The notes beneath the pieces were generated by a model. The model had not been told where the DNA came from. It worked only from the letters and a program-made list of their open reading frames with translations, and did not search any database. A DNA stretch of 64,000 bases from Pseudovirgaria hyperparasitica (lineage: Eukaryota): NCBI GenBank assembly GCA_010093815.1, contig ML996566.1, one strand, 5' to 3'. The position numbers and the translations under genes were made by a program. The first letter of the stretch is position 1. Every line of letters begins with the position of its first letter. Below, in pieces: positions 38,807-50,992 of this stretch.

Positions 38807-40253
38807 ATGTCGGGTAAACGGAGGCTCATGGCTATACAGCCAGCCATTAGCGGTATCGTTCGCTCTCATACAAGCTTCAATGGCTTGCGCAAAAGCATCG
38901 CATACCTGCCGCCGTTATCGGTAGCTGGTTCACGTCTACCACGCAGACCCGCGGTACAAACCAGGCAATACGCTACCAACAACTCTGCTGCGATCTCTGA
39001 TCCAGATGCAAAAACACCTCTATACGATCTCCATGCAAGCTATGGAGCCAAATTTGTACCATTCGGAGGCTATGTCATGCCCGTCCAGTACTCCGACCTC
39101 AGCGTTGGGGAGTCACATAAGTGGACGCGCGAAAAAGCCAGCATATTCGACGTTAGCCACATGTAAGCTCGAATACGTACTCAACTCGAATTCAATTTCT
39201 CATTCACTTCATAGGGTTCAGAATCGTCTCACCGGACCATTAGCTATAGAGTTTCTCGAGACTATAACACCTGCCGAACCTGCCGTTCTTGCACCCTTCA
39301 CCTCTACCCTCTCCGCACTTCTCAAGCCATCTCCCCGCGAAGGCGGTATAATCGATGATTGTGTCATTGTCCGTCTTGGTCCCGAAGAGTTCTACTTCGT
39401 CACTAACGCCGGCTGTCGAGAGAAGGACCATGCCTATCTTTCGTCCGAACTCAAAAGGTTCCATACAAAGCACGGCGATGCCCCTAAATGGGAAATCTTA
39501 GAAGGCAAAGGATTAATCGCCCTACAGGGACCCCTTGCCGGTCAAATACTAGAAGATGCACTAGCTGGTACCGACAAGGCAAAGCTAGGAGGGCTATACT
39601 TTGGCTGTTCTATGTATGGTAAAGTCACCCTGCCCACTGGACAATCAAGCGACCTACTCATTTCACGCGCTGGGTACACCGGCGAAGATGGATTCGAGAT
39701 CTCAATCCCTGCCGAGGAAACCACCGCGGTGACACAATTCCTGCTCGAGAGTGCAGGAAAGGAGAAGCTCCGTCTTGCAGGTCTAGGTGCGCGAGATAGC
39801 CTGCGCTTGGAAGCCGGCATGTGCCTTTATGGGCATGATCTAAACGAGGACATCACTCCACCTGAGGCCGCCTTATCGTGGATCGTGGGCAAGAGTCGCA
39901 GAGAGAAAGGCGGTTTCTACGGCGCCGACACGATCAACAAGCAGATCCTTGGAGTGAAGAAAGGAGGTTCCCCTATCGAGAAGCGTCGGATAGGACTGAT
40001 AGTAGAAGGAGCCCCTGCCCGTGAAGGTATGACCATTCACGACGACACAGGGGCAGAAGTTGGAGTCATCACATCTGGATGCCCTTCGCCGACACTGGGA
40101 AAGAACATCGCCATGGGCTATATCAAGGATGGTATGCACAAGTCAGGTACAGAGGTCCAGGTCAAGGTCAGGAGCAAAATGCGCAAAGCAACAGTGTCGA
40201 AGATGCCATTCGTACCAAGCAAATACCACAAGCCTGCTGCACCACCATCCTAA
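38807..40253 (+). CDS. GCV1: Glycine cleavage system T protein (aminomethyltransferase), mitochondrial
   Basis: Arg/Ser-rich presequence, [78 protein letters not shown]. Intron about 39163-39213. Start could be 38828. Confidence 0.95.
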
Positions 40254-40427
40254 GACATGCATCAGGACTGAGCATTGGAGTTTGGAGCTTTGATTATGGA
40301 TTACGATTTTCAACAATCCTCGAGCGGAGGTGCTCGTATGTAGGGGATCTAGCGGTATAACTTGAACTATGTACCCATAAGTTCAACCATGAAACCAATA
40401 TGTGCAACACCTAATGTCCCTCATGAC

Positions 40428-43400
40428 TCATCGTGGCGACGGCTCGTCAAATATGATGCCGATAATCTCATCAAGTAACGTGAATACCAGGTGTGTACTA
40501 TGGCATTGTTAGCAGACCATCTGTGAATACTACCACATAGGCAACTCACTTCAATCGCTGATTATTGAACGTCGCCGCGATCCTTCTGCTCGCCTGTTGG
40601 GCGTTCTGCCTGCCCACCACATTCGCCGCCAAATCTGGTACCAACGTGGCTAGCAGCACACTTGCCTCCTTCTTGCTCGTTTTCTTCTCTGCCTCTGTGC
40701 GAGGCACCGATGGACGCATCTTCCCGCCTGGCCACATAGTATCCCGCGCCATGTTAAGATACCGCACAACGTTATCTTCCTCGACCAGCCCACGCGCCAT
40801 ATCCCGCACTTTGCGCTCAATCGTGCCGCCTAACAGCTGATGCAGTACGACCACCACGGCCCGGCCACGGAGCCAGTTGTTGTTCGTGTTGAGGCTAAAG
40901 ATCTCGACGAAGAGGTCTGCAATGGGCTTGACAAAGGGCTCCAACTCTCTATTCTCGAACGCGCGCAATTCAGCCTCAGCTTCTGTCGATGTCGCTGGGT
41001 CGTCATTCAAGACAGCGCCTGGCAGGCCAGTGGATGTAGAAGTATCGTTCGGCGCGGTGGCAAGTTGAGATGTCGCGGCACTGATAAGGTTCTGCCCAGC
41101 TACGGAAAGCTGGTCTAACACGGGAATGTTGCCGAGAAACTCCTCCATGCCGTCGGTAACGGAGCTGTAGATGCGGGACACAAAGTCGCGGGAGTCGACT
41201 TCGGAACCATGTTGGTCTGATGAGGAGATTGCGTGTTGTGAGAGAAAGGCGCGAAGCTCACGCGAGCGGCAGATAGCGGGAATCAGTAGAATCTCGCGGA
41301 GCCAGCGCTCGAGGGCAAGACGACGTTTCTGGAGGAAATCTTTTTGGAGCTTGAGCATGACTTGTCGGCGAGGGAACTCCAAGTTTCGGATATGAGGGTA
41401 GCGTGCTTTCAGTTTCTTATTGAGGTCGTGGAATTCACTGTAACGTCTCGTGATAGCCCAGACTGCAGCTGGCATCTGATCGCCTGCTTGTCGTTTGACT
41501 TCAATGACATACATTGCATACTCATGGCCATCGTCCTCCGTGCCAACCATGATAGATGTTATCGAGATCGTTGCTCGTCCGTACAAGCTATTGTCGCTTT
41601 CTTGTACGATGTATTGTTGCCTTTGGAGCTCCTTTCGGTGCAACTCACGCTGCAAACTAGCTTTGGACTTGCGAAGGATTCTTAGTTCGGCAGCATTATT
41701 AGTGAGCTCGGCTTTGTTTGTCAACGAATCTACGATGGACTCTTGAGTCACCAACTTTTCGATGTCTTGCGTCAAAGAATCGATGGCTTCAGCTAGGCCC
41801 AGATCCCCCGGAGCGGCTTCGTGAATCTCGTCGTCCTCATTGTCACCTTTCTTCTCCGAATCATCAACCTCGTCTTCCCGAAACTTGGCTTCTTCGCTAC
41901 CGAAAAGATCATCTTGATTGAAGACACCCAAGCGTGATGGAGCTCCAACAAGACCCAAAGAGGCTATACTCGGTCTCATCCCCTGAGATAACGGCGAGTT
42001 AGATCGTTGAATCTCGAACGACCCTCTCAGTGAATCTTTATCGACTGGAGACTTGTCGAATAAAGGCTCTCGTTCCGGCCCATCGTCACCCATAATGTCA
42101 TTCAAAGCTGCCTGCATTGCATTTACTACATTTGCATCACTACCCGTCGCTGGTGGGTCCAATTCCGATTCAAGACTTTGCGTTGACTGTCCGAGAGCAT
42201 CTGAATCATATTCGTCGTCAAATAATGGTGTACGAGCCGGAGTAGCGTCTAGGGATCGCCGTGCTGCTTGCTCGGTACCAGGTGTGGTGTGTTCCTGGAG
42301 ATTTGACGAAGAGACTGCGGCTCGACGCAAATCAGTCGGCTTCTGCAGGACGTGCTTTGCACTACTGGACCGTGGGAGCCTCCCGAGATTGCGCGAGTGA
42401 GATGATTGTGTATGGTCACCTTGATGAATACTGGGACCAGACACTGAGGACCCAGCCTCATCAGATGCAAGCCATTTGTACCACAGATCTGTTCTTTTGA
42501 ACTTCTGGAAGTACGGATCCTGCATTTCATTGTACACTGCAGTCTGCGCTCGAAGGACTGCCCTCCTTGCTGCGTGGTACTGCAATGGACTTGCGTCCTT
42601 TCCAGCCCTCAAGAACTCTGACACTGGGTGCCTCGATTTAGAGGCTATCTCCAGCTCGCTTTTGGTGAGGTACGCATCATTGATCTGTGCAATGTCCGTT
42701 CGCTCGGCTGCTGTCCACTGTGGTAGAGTCTCAGTGGACTCGTCAACTTCTTCGTTGTCTTCTTCTAGCGGGTTGCGCATGCCATCTACAACTATCCAGA
42801 ACTGGACAAGCCGCATCAAATTCTGACGATCCATGAACTCCATGAAGTACGAGAGCCCAGAAGAGCTATACAAAACTTCCCTTAACGAAGCATTTTCAAG
42901 CCTGGGTGCGGGGTTGTTGGATTTTGGCTTTACAAATTTTGATCTGGCAGCACCACCAACTCCCAGTTGAGCCACTTTCTGATCCAGGATCCTCTTTGCT
43001 GTCTCGAGACGTCTTAGATAGATTGTATCAGGGTTTTCGACTCCGGAGTCACGATACAATTGGCTAGCAATTTCGCTTCTAAAGCGCCGTGCATCGGACA
43101 GGGTGTTACACTGTTTGATGGCACGAATGAACCGCTCGAATTTTCGCTCGTTGTCGTTTGGAGAAAGCCTCGGGAATTGTCTTGGTCGGAGGTTCTGCGG
43201 TGACGGAGGAGCATGTTCGTCCAAGGCTTCACGTAATTTGCGAACTGTTTTGCGGTCTTGAAGTATAGTGTGACCCTGGTGGACCGTTAACGAAAGTGAT
43301 GCGAAAGTTTATTAGGGCTTACATATGCTTCCATCATCTTATTCCACGTATCTGCATCCGAAAGCATCTGCATGACAGGGAATAAAACGGCACAAGATAC

Positions 43401-44180
43401 AATCTCCTGGATCAGAACTGTTACGGCTCGACTTGTAGTCATGTTTGTTGGAAGAACTTTAGGTAACAGTCTAGTGACAATGGTACGCAGATGTTGTTGT
43501 TGACCCAGTTTTGTGTTTGAAAACGCCAGGGACGCGGCTGGGTGTAGCTTACCATCCTTGTATTTCGCAGCGATGGCAAGATCGAGCTCTTCAGATTCAG
43601 TCACATTCCTCGACAGCATTCGACCGCGAACAATTTTCTCAGCTTCATAGAATTCTTTCATATGGCTTGTAATTATTGGGACGAGTTTTGACGTTCCGAC
43701 AGCTATCAGGTCAACAGCCAGCACTCTGTCTCGTATATTTGCCAGGGCTTCCCGCATAGACCTGTCCACTTCGATCGTAAACGCTGGCCTCGTACTGATG
43801 CGATCATACCAGCTTCGTACGAAATCCCGCAGTATGAGATCTATCAACCCATCGATGTTCCCAGATATAAGAAAAGACGGCTCGTATATGGGTTCTCGGA
43901 GGTATTCTGAGCGAGCACTCAACGCTCTCGTCTCGGCTTCCCAGGCGTCCGGTCTGGCAAAAGCCGCATGTCTAGGTCCGTAATTCCTTGCTCCTGCTCG
44001 TACACCGGGACCTCGGGAAGTAGTCAACAGGAGCCATGCAATCAGAATAACAGTGCAGAGGACTCCGGTAGAAAATGCCCAAGGCAGATAGCGACTGGAA
44101 GGTATCCAGTGGGTCACAAAACCCCAAGCGATGAAGACTGCAACTCCTGCAAGGATCACATCTCTGCGGCGTAGGGCCAT
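40428..44180 (-). CDS. MDM1: PXA-RGS-PX-PXC sorting nexin (Mdm1/SNX13-14-25 family) ER-vacuole/lipid-droplet tether
   Basis: Two N-terminal TM helices, PXA (LILRDFVRSWY), RGS (SGLSYFMEFMD..LVQFW), PX (RRYSEFHDLNKKL..FP..LQKRR..LE), Nexin_C (WLRG..LHQLLGGTIERK..WPGG). Introns about 43276-43323 and 40499-40550; stop TGA 40428-40430. Confidence 0.92.
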
Positions 44181-45036
44181 AGTCCGTCGAGATCCATCCG
44201 CAGGTCCGATAGTGCTATTACCATGTTGGTAGCGAGCGAGACGGGCGCGTCATGTCGCAGCATGTAGAGTTATGTTGTATAGACGTCGATGAGCTGTCAC
44301 AGCTTAGAACAAGGAGCGTCACCCTCACCTTGCCCCACCTCCGGCTTTAGCGTACTCCTGCTGACCTCCGCTCTTCCCCGACTTCAGGGGAACTTGGGGA
44401 AGAGTAGCAGAACACAACAATTAACTCTATGTGAGATTCTATGTGAGACCTAGATATAATCATACCGCTTCGCTTCTTACGCTGTGTACTATAGTGAAGG
44501 GATGCTATCTTTCGCACGTCTCTTACAGGGTTGATTGAGCACTCGATAAATCTACTTGTGCATGCATTTGGCACGCCACACCACTATGTTCTGTATTTGC
44601 GAAGTCGTATCAACTTGCTACTTCTTTATCATTTCTACTAGAGTAGAGCCTGAGGTCTCACAAATAGAGCATACTGTTGAAGATATTCGCAGTAGATCCT
44701 TCCATGTGTCTGTCCTTCTTAGCCTAGTGCTTTAGCCTTGACCCCTGCCTGAGTCTTCCCCCAACTCTAGCGTGGCTCGAGTCGATAATGCTTAGACTTG
44801 ATGCGTCGAGCAGGTTGATTCATGCCTTGATAGGGTGGTTCCTGGCATCAATGAAAACCGCTGCTTGAGGTAAATTTTGCCAGTCCGTCTATAGCGCCTA
44901 TAATAATGGATCGAGTTTGTAGTGTCAAAGCTATCTTCCGTAGCGTATGCTGCCATGAATGTATACATCTGTGAGCTTTCCAGGGATTACTGGGCTGAAA
45001 GACCTCGAAAGTTGCTATACGAAGACCATAGGCCTT

Positions 45037-46992
45037 TCAAGGAGCCGCAGTAATGGAAGTAGATGTGGTGGCTAATGTGGAAACTTCAGACGTTGTGGCA
45101 TTCGGGACTGCTAACGGGAGACCTTGGCTGTCGCCCGCCGGTGTTGGAGCTCCTTGAGGAGGGTTGATAGACTGGGGTCCTCGCCCACCTCTGCCAATGA
45201 TACCGCCTCGACCACCACCACGGCCTCTGCCAGCAAAGGCCCCACCCCGTACGGTGTTTCCCCTTGGTGCCGTAGGGGGGCTCGGCAACACCTGAGTAGG
45301 TGCAATTCTTTTGGCCGGACGGTCTTTTCGCTCGAGGACCTGAACGGCTCCCTGAGCAATCTTGACGGGACTAGCAGCGATCGCCTTCTGTAATCCCTCC
45401 GGCTCGACAAACTCAACATAAGCGAAGCCCTTACGCTTGTCGATCTCGACTCTTTCGACGGCACCAAAAGCCGACAAAGCAGCTTCGATCAGGGGCTCAG
45501 TAATTCCTTGAGACGGATTGGCATGTTTGAGAAATCCCTGTTTGCCAGTCGGAGCTAGTGTGGTAGCAGCATCCCCCGAAACTGACGGTGGAACAGAAAT
45601 TGGCGGCGCTTGTCGCGAAGCTGCAGGTCCTTTCGGGGTTGCTGATGGCAATTTGGGTCCTGTTGGGGGTAATGCAGAAGCACTAACAGGCTTTGGAACA
45701 TTCGCAGGCTTCCTCAATATCGTGGGTGCTACAGGGGGTTTGACCTTTGAGGCGTCATCCGCGGGTGTCTCGACTCGGTCTTTATTTTCAGCGATTGCTG
45801 CTTTGTGCGCTCTTCTTTCAGCGCGAGAGAAACGACCTTTCTCCTTCAGTGGTCGGGACGACTCTCCCGAAACAACACCTTTCTCCGGAGTTGGAGTCAC
45901 ACCAGCGATTTCCCTATCTTTGACCGAAACTGTTGGTTCTCCGCTCTTGGCTGCTGATTCGGCGGTTGTCTCTCTCTTTGCACCACGACGTCCCTTGACT
46001 GGCGCTGGACCTATGCCAAGATCACGCTGGAGCAGTGCCTTTGCTGCTGCAGTACTACCACGCTCACGTTTTTTTTCCGAGGTCGAGCCTGCAGGTGGGA
46101 TATTCTCCTGAGATTTTGCGCCGACAGACGCGCTTCCAACTTCTTTGTTGAGGACTTTGACGGCTTCTTTAGCCGCTTCTTTGCGGCTCAACTTTTTAGG
46201 CTTTTCTACAATGCCACCATCTTTACCAATCTTAAGCTTTCTGTCCGGCTTTTCGTCCTTGGATTCACCTCGTGCGTGCTTGGACAGCTTCGATCCGGGC
46301 TTCTCTTTGGCCTTCTTTTCTCTTAAGTGTTCGATGAGTGGGGTAGTAGTAACTTTCTCTCCTTTCTGAGCAGATAGGTCAGATGCTTCTGAAGCACTCG
46401 GCTTGTTGACAGGGTTAGTCAAGCTCATGAGGAAGTCCTGGTATTCCGGGTCTTGATCGATCTGTCCTTGGCGAGCATCGTGTCTGACGCGACGACCTGT
46501 AGGTATTCTCGCGTACAGAGCATGCTCAAGTGAAGGCGGTGCAATTAATACAGGGTCCTTTCCTGTGTTACGAGCGTCAATAAAGGTCGTTTGTTTGACC
46601 TTATCATGAAGAATAGCGACATAAGCAGAGTCCGTGAGATGAAGCAAATATCGAGATGGCTTAGAAGTTTTTGTAAGACTGGATTGATTCGTTAATCATG
46701 TCACTGTCCAACGTCAAGATGTGTAAACATACTCTGTAGAGGTCCGGCCCTTTCTGAAATTGGCCCAGTCAACTCTACCATTGCCAGGCTTCCATTCGTC
46801 ACCCAGTGTCTCCTCTAGCTCACTCTTTGTAAGACCTGGGGGAAGTCTGCGTATGCAGAACTTCAACTTTGGCTTCGGAGGAGTGCCTTTGGGCCCGCCT
46901 CGAGCGGCTGATTGAGGCGCATTCTTCTGGAGGATTGTTGACGGGGCAGGAAGCACACCATTAGCAGCTCCAGCCTGTGAGGGGTTTGGCAT
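45037..46992 (-). CDS. UPF3: Nonsense-mediated decay factor Upf3 (Smg-4/UPF3 family) with extra C-terminal RRM
   Basis: KFCIRRLPPGLT, W..F..G, KPSRYLLH, FID, DARQGQIDQDPEYQDFL, TTPLIEHL. Intron about 46680-46732. C-terminal RRM (KGFAYVEF) and RGG tail. Confidence 0.88.
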
Positions 46993-47666
46993 TCTAGGAG
47001 GTTAAGGCGTGTTGCGTACAAGTGAGGTTGGGGCGGTTCGTGCTAATCAAAAAGGTGAGGGTCTGATGTGACAAGGGAATATATGGCGTTGCCAATGAGG
47101 GACCAGATGGATGAAGCTGGTTCGGTGATTGAGAGCTGAGGAACGATATGGAGACAACATTTGAGAATTGACTTTAAAAAGACGTCGGTAGTATGGTCGG
47201 CGAAGGACAACAAAGAAGTAGCAAGCGACGATAACAGTCGCGAGTTCGCAATCGAGTTCCCGCCTGGTGATATCAGCATCCATAGATTCTAGACGGCACC
47301 TGCCAGCCTGACGCCCCACCAAGGGAAACCTCACCGCCTAGCAAGAACGGAAAGGCGCGTCGAGGACATCCAGCCCGAGCCTGACGCACGGCGAACACAG
47401 TCAACCTTCAATGACCATGTCCTCGCAAGAATAGCCAGATATTCTCGCGGTCTCCTCTCGTTCTTTATTCCTGCACCATGCGCCTTTCTGCGCACAAGTC
47501 ACTCACCTCGTACACTTGCGCTTGATTGTCGTCAGTGCTGCCTTCACTTCCTTGAGCCGTCCAATGATACCACCAAAGTCCGATACATCGCCGCAGTCAC
47601 ACGACAGACCTTTATTCCTACGCATTTATTCCTTCTACAACTGAGAGAAGTACACAAACCGCCACC

Positions 47667-49141
47667 ATGGCAAAAGCTGGCGACGTGCCGCAACCAGGTC
47701 CGGCGCGACTTTCCAAGGGCGCGGGGCCTGACGAATGGCTTGCACAGGCCAAATTGTGCAGATATCTTCCAGAGGCCGACATGAAACGTCTCTGTGAGAT
47801 AGTCAAGGAGTGCTTAATGGAAGGCAAGTCATTTTGGCCTTATTCACTTCTCTATAGCTAGCAGCCTCAGTATGCACGTTTGAGGTTGCTGGGCGGCACA
47901 ACGATGTATTCGTCTCTTACTGACTGCAACACAGAGTCGAATATCCAGCCTGTAAGAACTCCAGTGACGGTGTGCGGTGATATTCATGGTCAGTTCTACG
48001 ACCTTCTCGAGCTTTTCAGGGTTGCCGGAGGCATGCCAAACGATGGCGCTCCAGCACCCCCAACCGTCCCGACCAAGACCATAAGCGCTGCAGACATAGA
48101 GCCACCGAGTACAATCAAAGATCCAAAAGCAAAGCGGAAGATGAAGAGGAGGTTTCAAGCTGATAAAAACTACACATCACCTAGTAATGCCGAAGAGTTG
48201 GAGGAGGATGCCGACGAGGAAGAAGAGGAGCAGCGGGGTAGAAGTAGGAGTGTGAGTGCCGCAAGAAGCACGATGTCGAATGAAACAGAAACATATGAGA
48301 ATGTAAAGCTTGGAGGTAACGGTCAGCAGAATTACATCTTCCTCGGGGACTTCGTCGACCGCGGTTATTTCAGTCTAGAGACATTTACATTGTTGATGTG
48401 CTTGAAGGCAAAGTAAGTTCAACATCTACCTTGACCAATCTGAACGCCGTGCTCATCATTCTCAGGTTTCCAGATCGAGTCACACTTGTTCGGGGTAACC
48501 ATGAGTCCCGTCAGATCACCCAGGTCTATGGGTTCTACGAAGAATGTCAGACGAAATACGGAAATGCCTCTGTGTGGAAAGCCTGTTGTCAAGTATTTGA
48601 CTTCTTAGCTCTCGCTGCTATAGTCGACGGGAAAGTTCTCTGCGTGCACGGCGGACTGTCACCAGAGATTCGGACCCTTGACCAGATTCGAGTTGTGGCA
48701 AGAGCTCAAGAGATACCTCATGAAGGCGCCTTCTGCGACCTTGTCTGGAGCGACCCTGAGGACGTTGACACCTGGGCCGTAAGCCCTCGTGGAGCTGGGT
48801 GGTTGTTTGGGGATAAGGTCTCGAGTGAATTTAACCACGTAAATGGTTTGCAGCTTATTGCCAGAGCGCACCAGCTGGTGAACGAAGGGTACAAGGTATG
48901 TGGACTTGGATAAATCATCATCGTGAACATGTTTTGACTGAGCATACAGTATCATTTCAAGGATAAGGATGTCGTCACTGTCTGGTCTGCGCCCAACTAC
49001 TGTTACCGATGCGGTAATGTCGCCTCGATCATGTCTCTCGGGGAGGATCTCAAACCAGACTTTACAATCTTCAGTGCCGTACCAGACAACAGACGGGCTG
49101 TACCCGCCGGGAGAGGCACAAGAGGAGAATACTTCCTCTGA
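47667..49141 (+). CDS. SIT4: PP6-type Ser/Thr protein phosphatase catalytic subunit (Sit4/Ppe1)
   Basis: [77 protein letters not shown]-terminal YFL. Introns 47824-47934 (GC-AG), about 48413-48465 and 48896-48949. Confidence 0.94.
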
Positions 49142-49386
49142 TACGTTAATGACACATTCATCGTTCTACCGGCTCATGAATTACATGCAAGGCATTTGTG
49201 TGCGCTTATGGCTCACTTGGTGTTCAGTGTTTTGATGTTTCAATCATATATCAGGTACGAATTGACCACGGCACGGATTGGTATGGCTGATGATATGTGT
49301 ATTATACCTTTTTGCTATACAGCGTATGAATAGATCCTGATGCGATGATTATCTTGCGGAGGCCGTCTCTGTATCTACAGGGGTTC

Positions 49387-50206
49387 CTAGCAACTATTTC
49401 GCCCATTACCAGTGAAATTTTGTGCTTGGTAGGCTCCCGTGGGATCTCCCAAACACTCAGCTGCGCAATCAATTAGCTTAAATACGGTCATTCAAGTAGC
49501 CGGAATACTTACCCACTGTCACCAGCTTCAAGTTGTTCTGTTTGGCCCAGTTGATCAACCACGGGGTCAGCTGATTCACAGTCGTTGCATACGTCTCATG
49601 CATCAACGGAATATGACCATTTCCACCCGCGCCCACCGCCGTAAACTTCGCCTCGCTCTGCGCCACAGTCTTCCCATTCCAATCCTCCGAGTCCACATCG
49701 TCAGTAATGACCCTGTACCCCAGCGTCTTCATTGTGCCCAGCACACTGCCGCCCGTAGCCAGATACGGCGGGCGCATATAAGTCGGCTTCCTGCCCACTA
49801 TATTCACAAACGCCTGCTCGAGCTGCTGCATCTCCGCAGTCAGCTGCGCCGGCGTCAGCGAGCCAAAGTTCTGCGGATGCGTCCATGTGTGGGACGCGAG
49901 CTGGTGGCCGCTGGCAAACGCGGACTTGATGGCTGCGGCCTGCGCGTAGATGCAGCCGTACAGTGTGCCGGTGAGGAAGAAGGTGGCCTTTGCGCCGCCG
50001 GCGTTGAGCGTGTTGACGAGCGTCTGCGTGTATTGGTAGGGCCCGTCGTCGTAGGCGAGGGCGAGTTGGCCTGGTGAGGTGCAGGTTGTGATGATGACGC
50101 CGGCGGCTGGACCGGCGCGTTTGTATTCTTCGAGGGGGTCTGGGACGGGGATGGCGAGGGCTGTGAGGGCGAGGAGTGATGCGGTTGTGAGGAGTGAGAG
50201 ATACAT
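49387..50206 (-). CDS. Secreted chitin deacetylase / polysaccharide deacetylase (CE4, NodB domain)
   Basis: Signal peptide MYLSLLTTASLLALTALA; CE4 motifs LAYDDGP, HTWTH, RPPY, DSEDW, LMHE. Intron about 49461-49512; last exon AECLGD...NSC-TAG. Confidence 0.92.
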
Positions 50207-50930
50207 ATCGATTGCTACTGGGTGAGTGTTCAGGGGGGTTTGGGATGTGGATGTGATTGTTCTGACGATTGGGACCACTTCAGAAGTAGTCCAGAGGCAG
50301 TTCTATATGTATCTCGAAATACGTCGTGCTTTCTTCCATTAATGCTTGCTGCAGGACTGCATCATGTAATGCATCTGGAGCATGTCATTCACAAATGAAC
50401 TAAGAGCATATCCCGGGCCTTGCGTCCGTCGGATTCATTTAGCCGTGTGGTTATATCCAAGCACCAATATAGCTCGACACACCAGATATGTCATCTGCTA
50501 GTGGGATTACAGTGTACCTACGCAAGTAGTGGAGATGGCCTGCAATTAGCCTAAAAGGCGATCTGCTAAATCGCAAATTCCAGGACTCCCGCGGATCAAC
50601 AGGATTCTGAGCTTTGCAGGAGTCCAGTAATATATATATATAGACCAACCATGTACCACGATGATAATTCTCTTGATATACCTTCTCAACCATATTGATC
50701 TCGAAACAGACTGCGTCCGAGGTTATTGGTTAAACGATATAATAATAATACTAATAATAATGTAAAGCTTGGTAGACTAGTAATACAGTACTCTACAGCC
50801 CCGTGCTTCCTCTAGTCTAAGTTATAAATATCTAAGAGAAAACTGTAGAGGTAAACATATCCTTCCATCCTTTTATTACAGATTCTGTCCATATCTTGCA
50901 TGATGCTGTTGGATATGAGCTTGCATATCA

Positions 50931-50992
50931 ACATATTCCGGCATATACCAACATATTTCCGGTATATACCGACATATTCCGCCATATGTCGG
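50931..50992 (+). repeat. Three imperfect 20-21 bp tandem repeats with embedded inverted repeat
   Basis: ACATATTCCGGCATATACCA / ACATATTTCCGGTATATACCG / ACATATTCCGCCATATGTCGG; CCGACATAT...ATATGTCGG is a perfect 9-bp inverted repeat. Confidence 0.75.

Noticed and set aside
47823..47934. Possible stwintron (nested intron creating G|TATGC donor) in SIT4 intron 1
   Set aside because: No branch site for the inner intron, and two-step splicing would not give the conserved MEESNIQ frame; a single GC-AG intron explains it.
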